Shown piece after piece: positions 44,296 through 45,547 of a stretch of DNA of 45,547 bases (position 1 is its first letter; every line of letters begins with the position of its first letter). The notes under the pieces are model-generated. The model did not search any database and had not been told where the DNA came from. It worked only from the letters and a program-made list of their open reading frames with translations. This DNA is from Candidatus Woesearchaeota archaeon (GTDB lineage Archaea; Nanobdellota; Nanobdellia; Woesearchaeales; CG1-02-33-12), in NCBI GenBank assembly GCA_018399355.1, contig JAGYOA010000002.1, positions 1-45,547 of the forward strand, written 5' to 3'. Made by a program: the position numbers and the translations under genes.

Positions 44296-45254
44296 TTTGC
44301 AATGCTCATATATTCAATTTCAAAGTTTTGCGAGTGTTTTCTTTTATGAGGCCTTATAGCAAAGTTAAGCCTTACAAGCCTTTTTGATGATCCTTGCAAT
44401 GAGCCCTTCACAATAACATAGCTGTTCTTCACAAGGCCGTAATGATTAAAGCCTCCTTTTGGATTGATATCATCAGGCTTTTCTGAAATTTTTATTATTA
44501 ATTTATTATATTCTGTTCTTTTGTGGTAGCCCATCTGACCAGGTTGTGCAACCCTCCATATTGAAGATTGATTCCATGGTCCAAGGTTACCTGTAGAACG
44601 TTTCTTTTTTTCTGATTTATGCGATTTCAATGAAACACCAAATCTTTTTACTGCTCCTTGAAGCCCTTTTCCTTTTGTTACTGCGTGAGCATCAACCAAC
44701 TGCCCTGGAACAAAGATTTCATTAACTGTGATATCTTTTCCAAGCTTTTCTTTTGCATAAGCAAGCTGGTCTTCTTTGTTTCCGCCTATTGCAGTCTCAA
44801 ATATTTCTGGTCTTTTCTTTCCAATTGTGGTTAATGACGGCTGTGTATGGACAACCATTCTTATTTCATCATAAGCATCAGGCTCTTTTTTTGCGATTTC
44901 TTTTTTTGGAAGAGTTATTTTTCTTTTTAAGTTTTTATCAAGATTATTAGCTGTTATCTGGGCAACAGACTTAAGTCCATAAAATGTTTTTTTGTAAAAT
45001 CTTATGGCCATTGCCTTTAATGGAGGACATTCTATTATTGTTACTGGCCTAAATATAGACTCTCCTGTTGTGGCTGCATTAGGCCTTGTGCTTTTTATGA
45101 GCAGGTGAGACATCTGAACCTTATATCCTGCGAAACCAAGGATTTTTGCATCCTGAGATTCTGGATATTTTCTTACTCTAGCATAAGATCTAGATGCCCT
45201 CTTTCTGGGCCAAAACTGCATGCTTCCGTGCCTTGGATTCCTTGCTTTACCCAT
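44292..45254 (-). CDS. rpl3: 50S ribosomal protein L3 (uL3)
   Basis: MGKARNPRHGSMQFWPRKRA...TKGKGLQGAVKRFGV. First gene of the cluster. Confidence 0.95.
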   Translation of the reverse strand: MGKARNPRHGSMQFWPRKRASRSYARVRKYPESQDAKILGFAGYKVQMSHLLIKSTRPNAATTGESIFRPVTIIECPPLKAMAIRFYKKTFYGLKSVAQITANNLDKNLKRKITLPKKEIAKKEPDAYDEIRMVVHTQPSLTTIGKKRPEIFETAIGGNKEDQLAYAKEKLGKDITVNEIFVPGQLVDAHAVTKGKGLQGAVKRFGVSLKSHKSEKKKRSTGNLGPWNQSSIWRVAQPGQMGYHKRTEYNKLIIKISEKPDDINPKGGFNHYGLVKNSYVIVKGSLQGSSKRLVRLNFAIRPHKRKHSQNFEIEYMSIAK

Positions 45255-45547
45255 TTTAATCTTTTTAAAGTGCTAAATAAGCCTAGACAGCACCTCTTTA
45301 AGTGAAAATAGGCCTTTTAATAAAGTCTCCCTTCAAGAACAAGTTTAATTGCTAAACTATGTACTGAAAGACTTTTTTTCAGGCTTGTTTAGTTGTTTAT
45401 AATATTTAAATCATTCAATTTTAGATTTAAATACCTATAATTGATTTTTTATGGTAATTTTACAGGCTTTATAAAGCTTTTTGTTTTCTATTTAAAACAA
45501 CAACAACTGTGCTATCACGTTTTAACTACACATATATATAATCACCT

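Noticed and set aside
45255-45547. The upstream region of rpl3, examined for a promoter, a leader and a possible S10-type gene.
   Set aside because: It contains only AT-rich sequence with several TATA-like words (ctttaaaaag, ttattaaaagg). Without TSS data I cannot choose among them. There is no ORF or RNA gene.

Overview
AT-rich archaeal fragment. The gene content and reduced style look DPANN-like: archaeal and eukaryotic-type r-proteins eL14, eL34, eL32, eL19 and eS4, plus aSUI1, Rpp29 and an archaeal two-subunit PheRS. The right third (29.9-45.3 kb, minus strand) is the conserved ribosomal-protein supercluster L3-L4-L23-L2-S19-L22-S3-L29-SUI1-Rpp29-S17-L14-L24-S4e-L5-S14-S8-L6-L32e-L19e-L18-S5-L30-L15-SecY-DUF106-L34e-L14e. 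It lacks adk and cmk, and several of its proteins carry long Lys/Glu-rich tails. The left part holds pheS/pheT, transporters, methyltransferases, nucleotidyltransferase-fold genes and small housekeeping enzymes (Nudix, Xth, nitroreductase, TspO). I could support no rRNA, tRNA or CRISPR array by eye. Four observations stand out. (1) A roughly 6.9-kb segment (13620-20605) is bracketed by a 25-nt perfect (41/46 extended) direct repeat that duplicates the 3' end of a radical-SAM/HhH gene. This is an att-like signature of an integrated island. Its cargo is G+C-richer, entirely on the minus strand, and consists of PAS/HD-GYP, DUF883-like, holin-like, micro-ORF and Lrp genes with strong Shine-Dalgarno motifs. 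No recognisable integrase is present. (2) A 1001-aa family-B DNA-polymerase-like protein has intact DEDDy exonuclease motifs but apparently degenerate polymerase motifs. (3) A five-fold GTGGTAWTTAA iteron array with about 30-bp phasing abuts the pheS start codon. (4) An overlapping wHTH plus nucleotidyltransferase gene pair resembles AbiE-type modules. All functional calls rest on motif recognition by eye. No database search was run.
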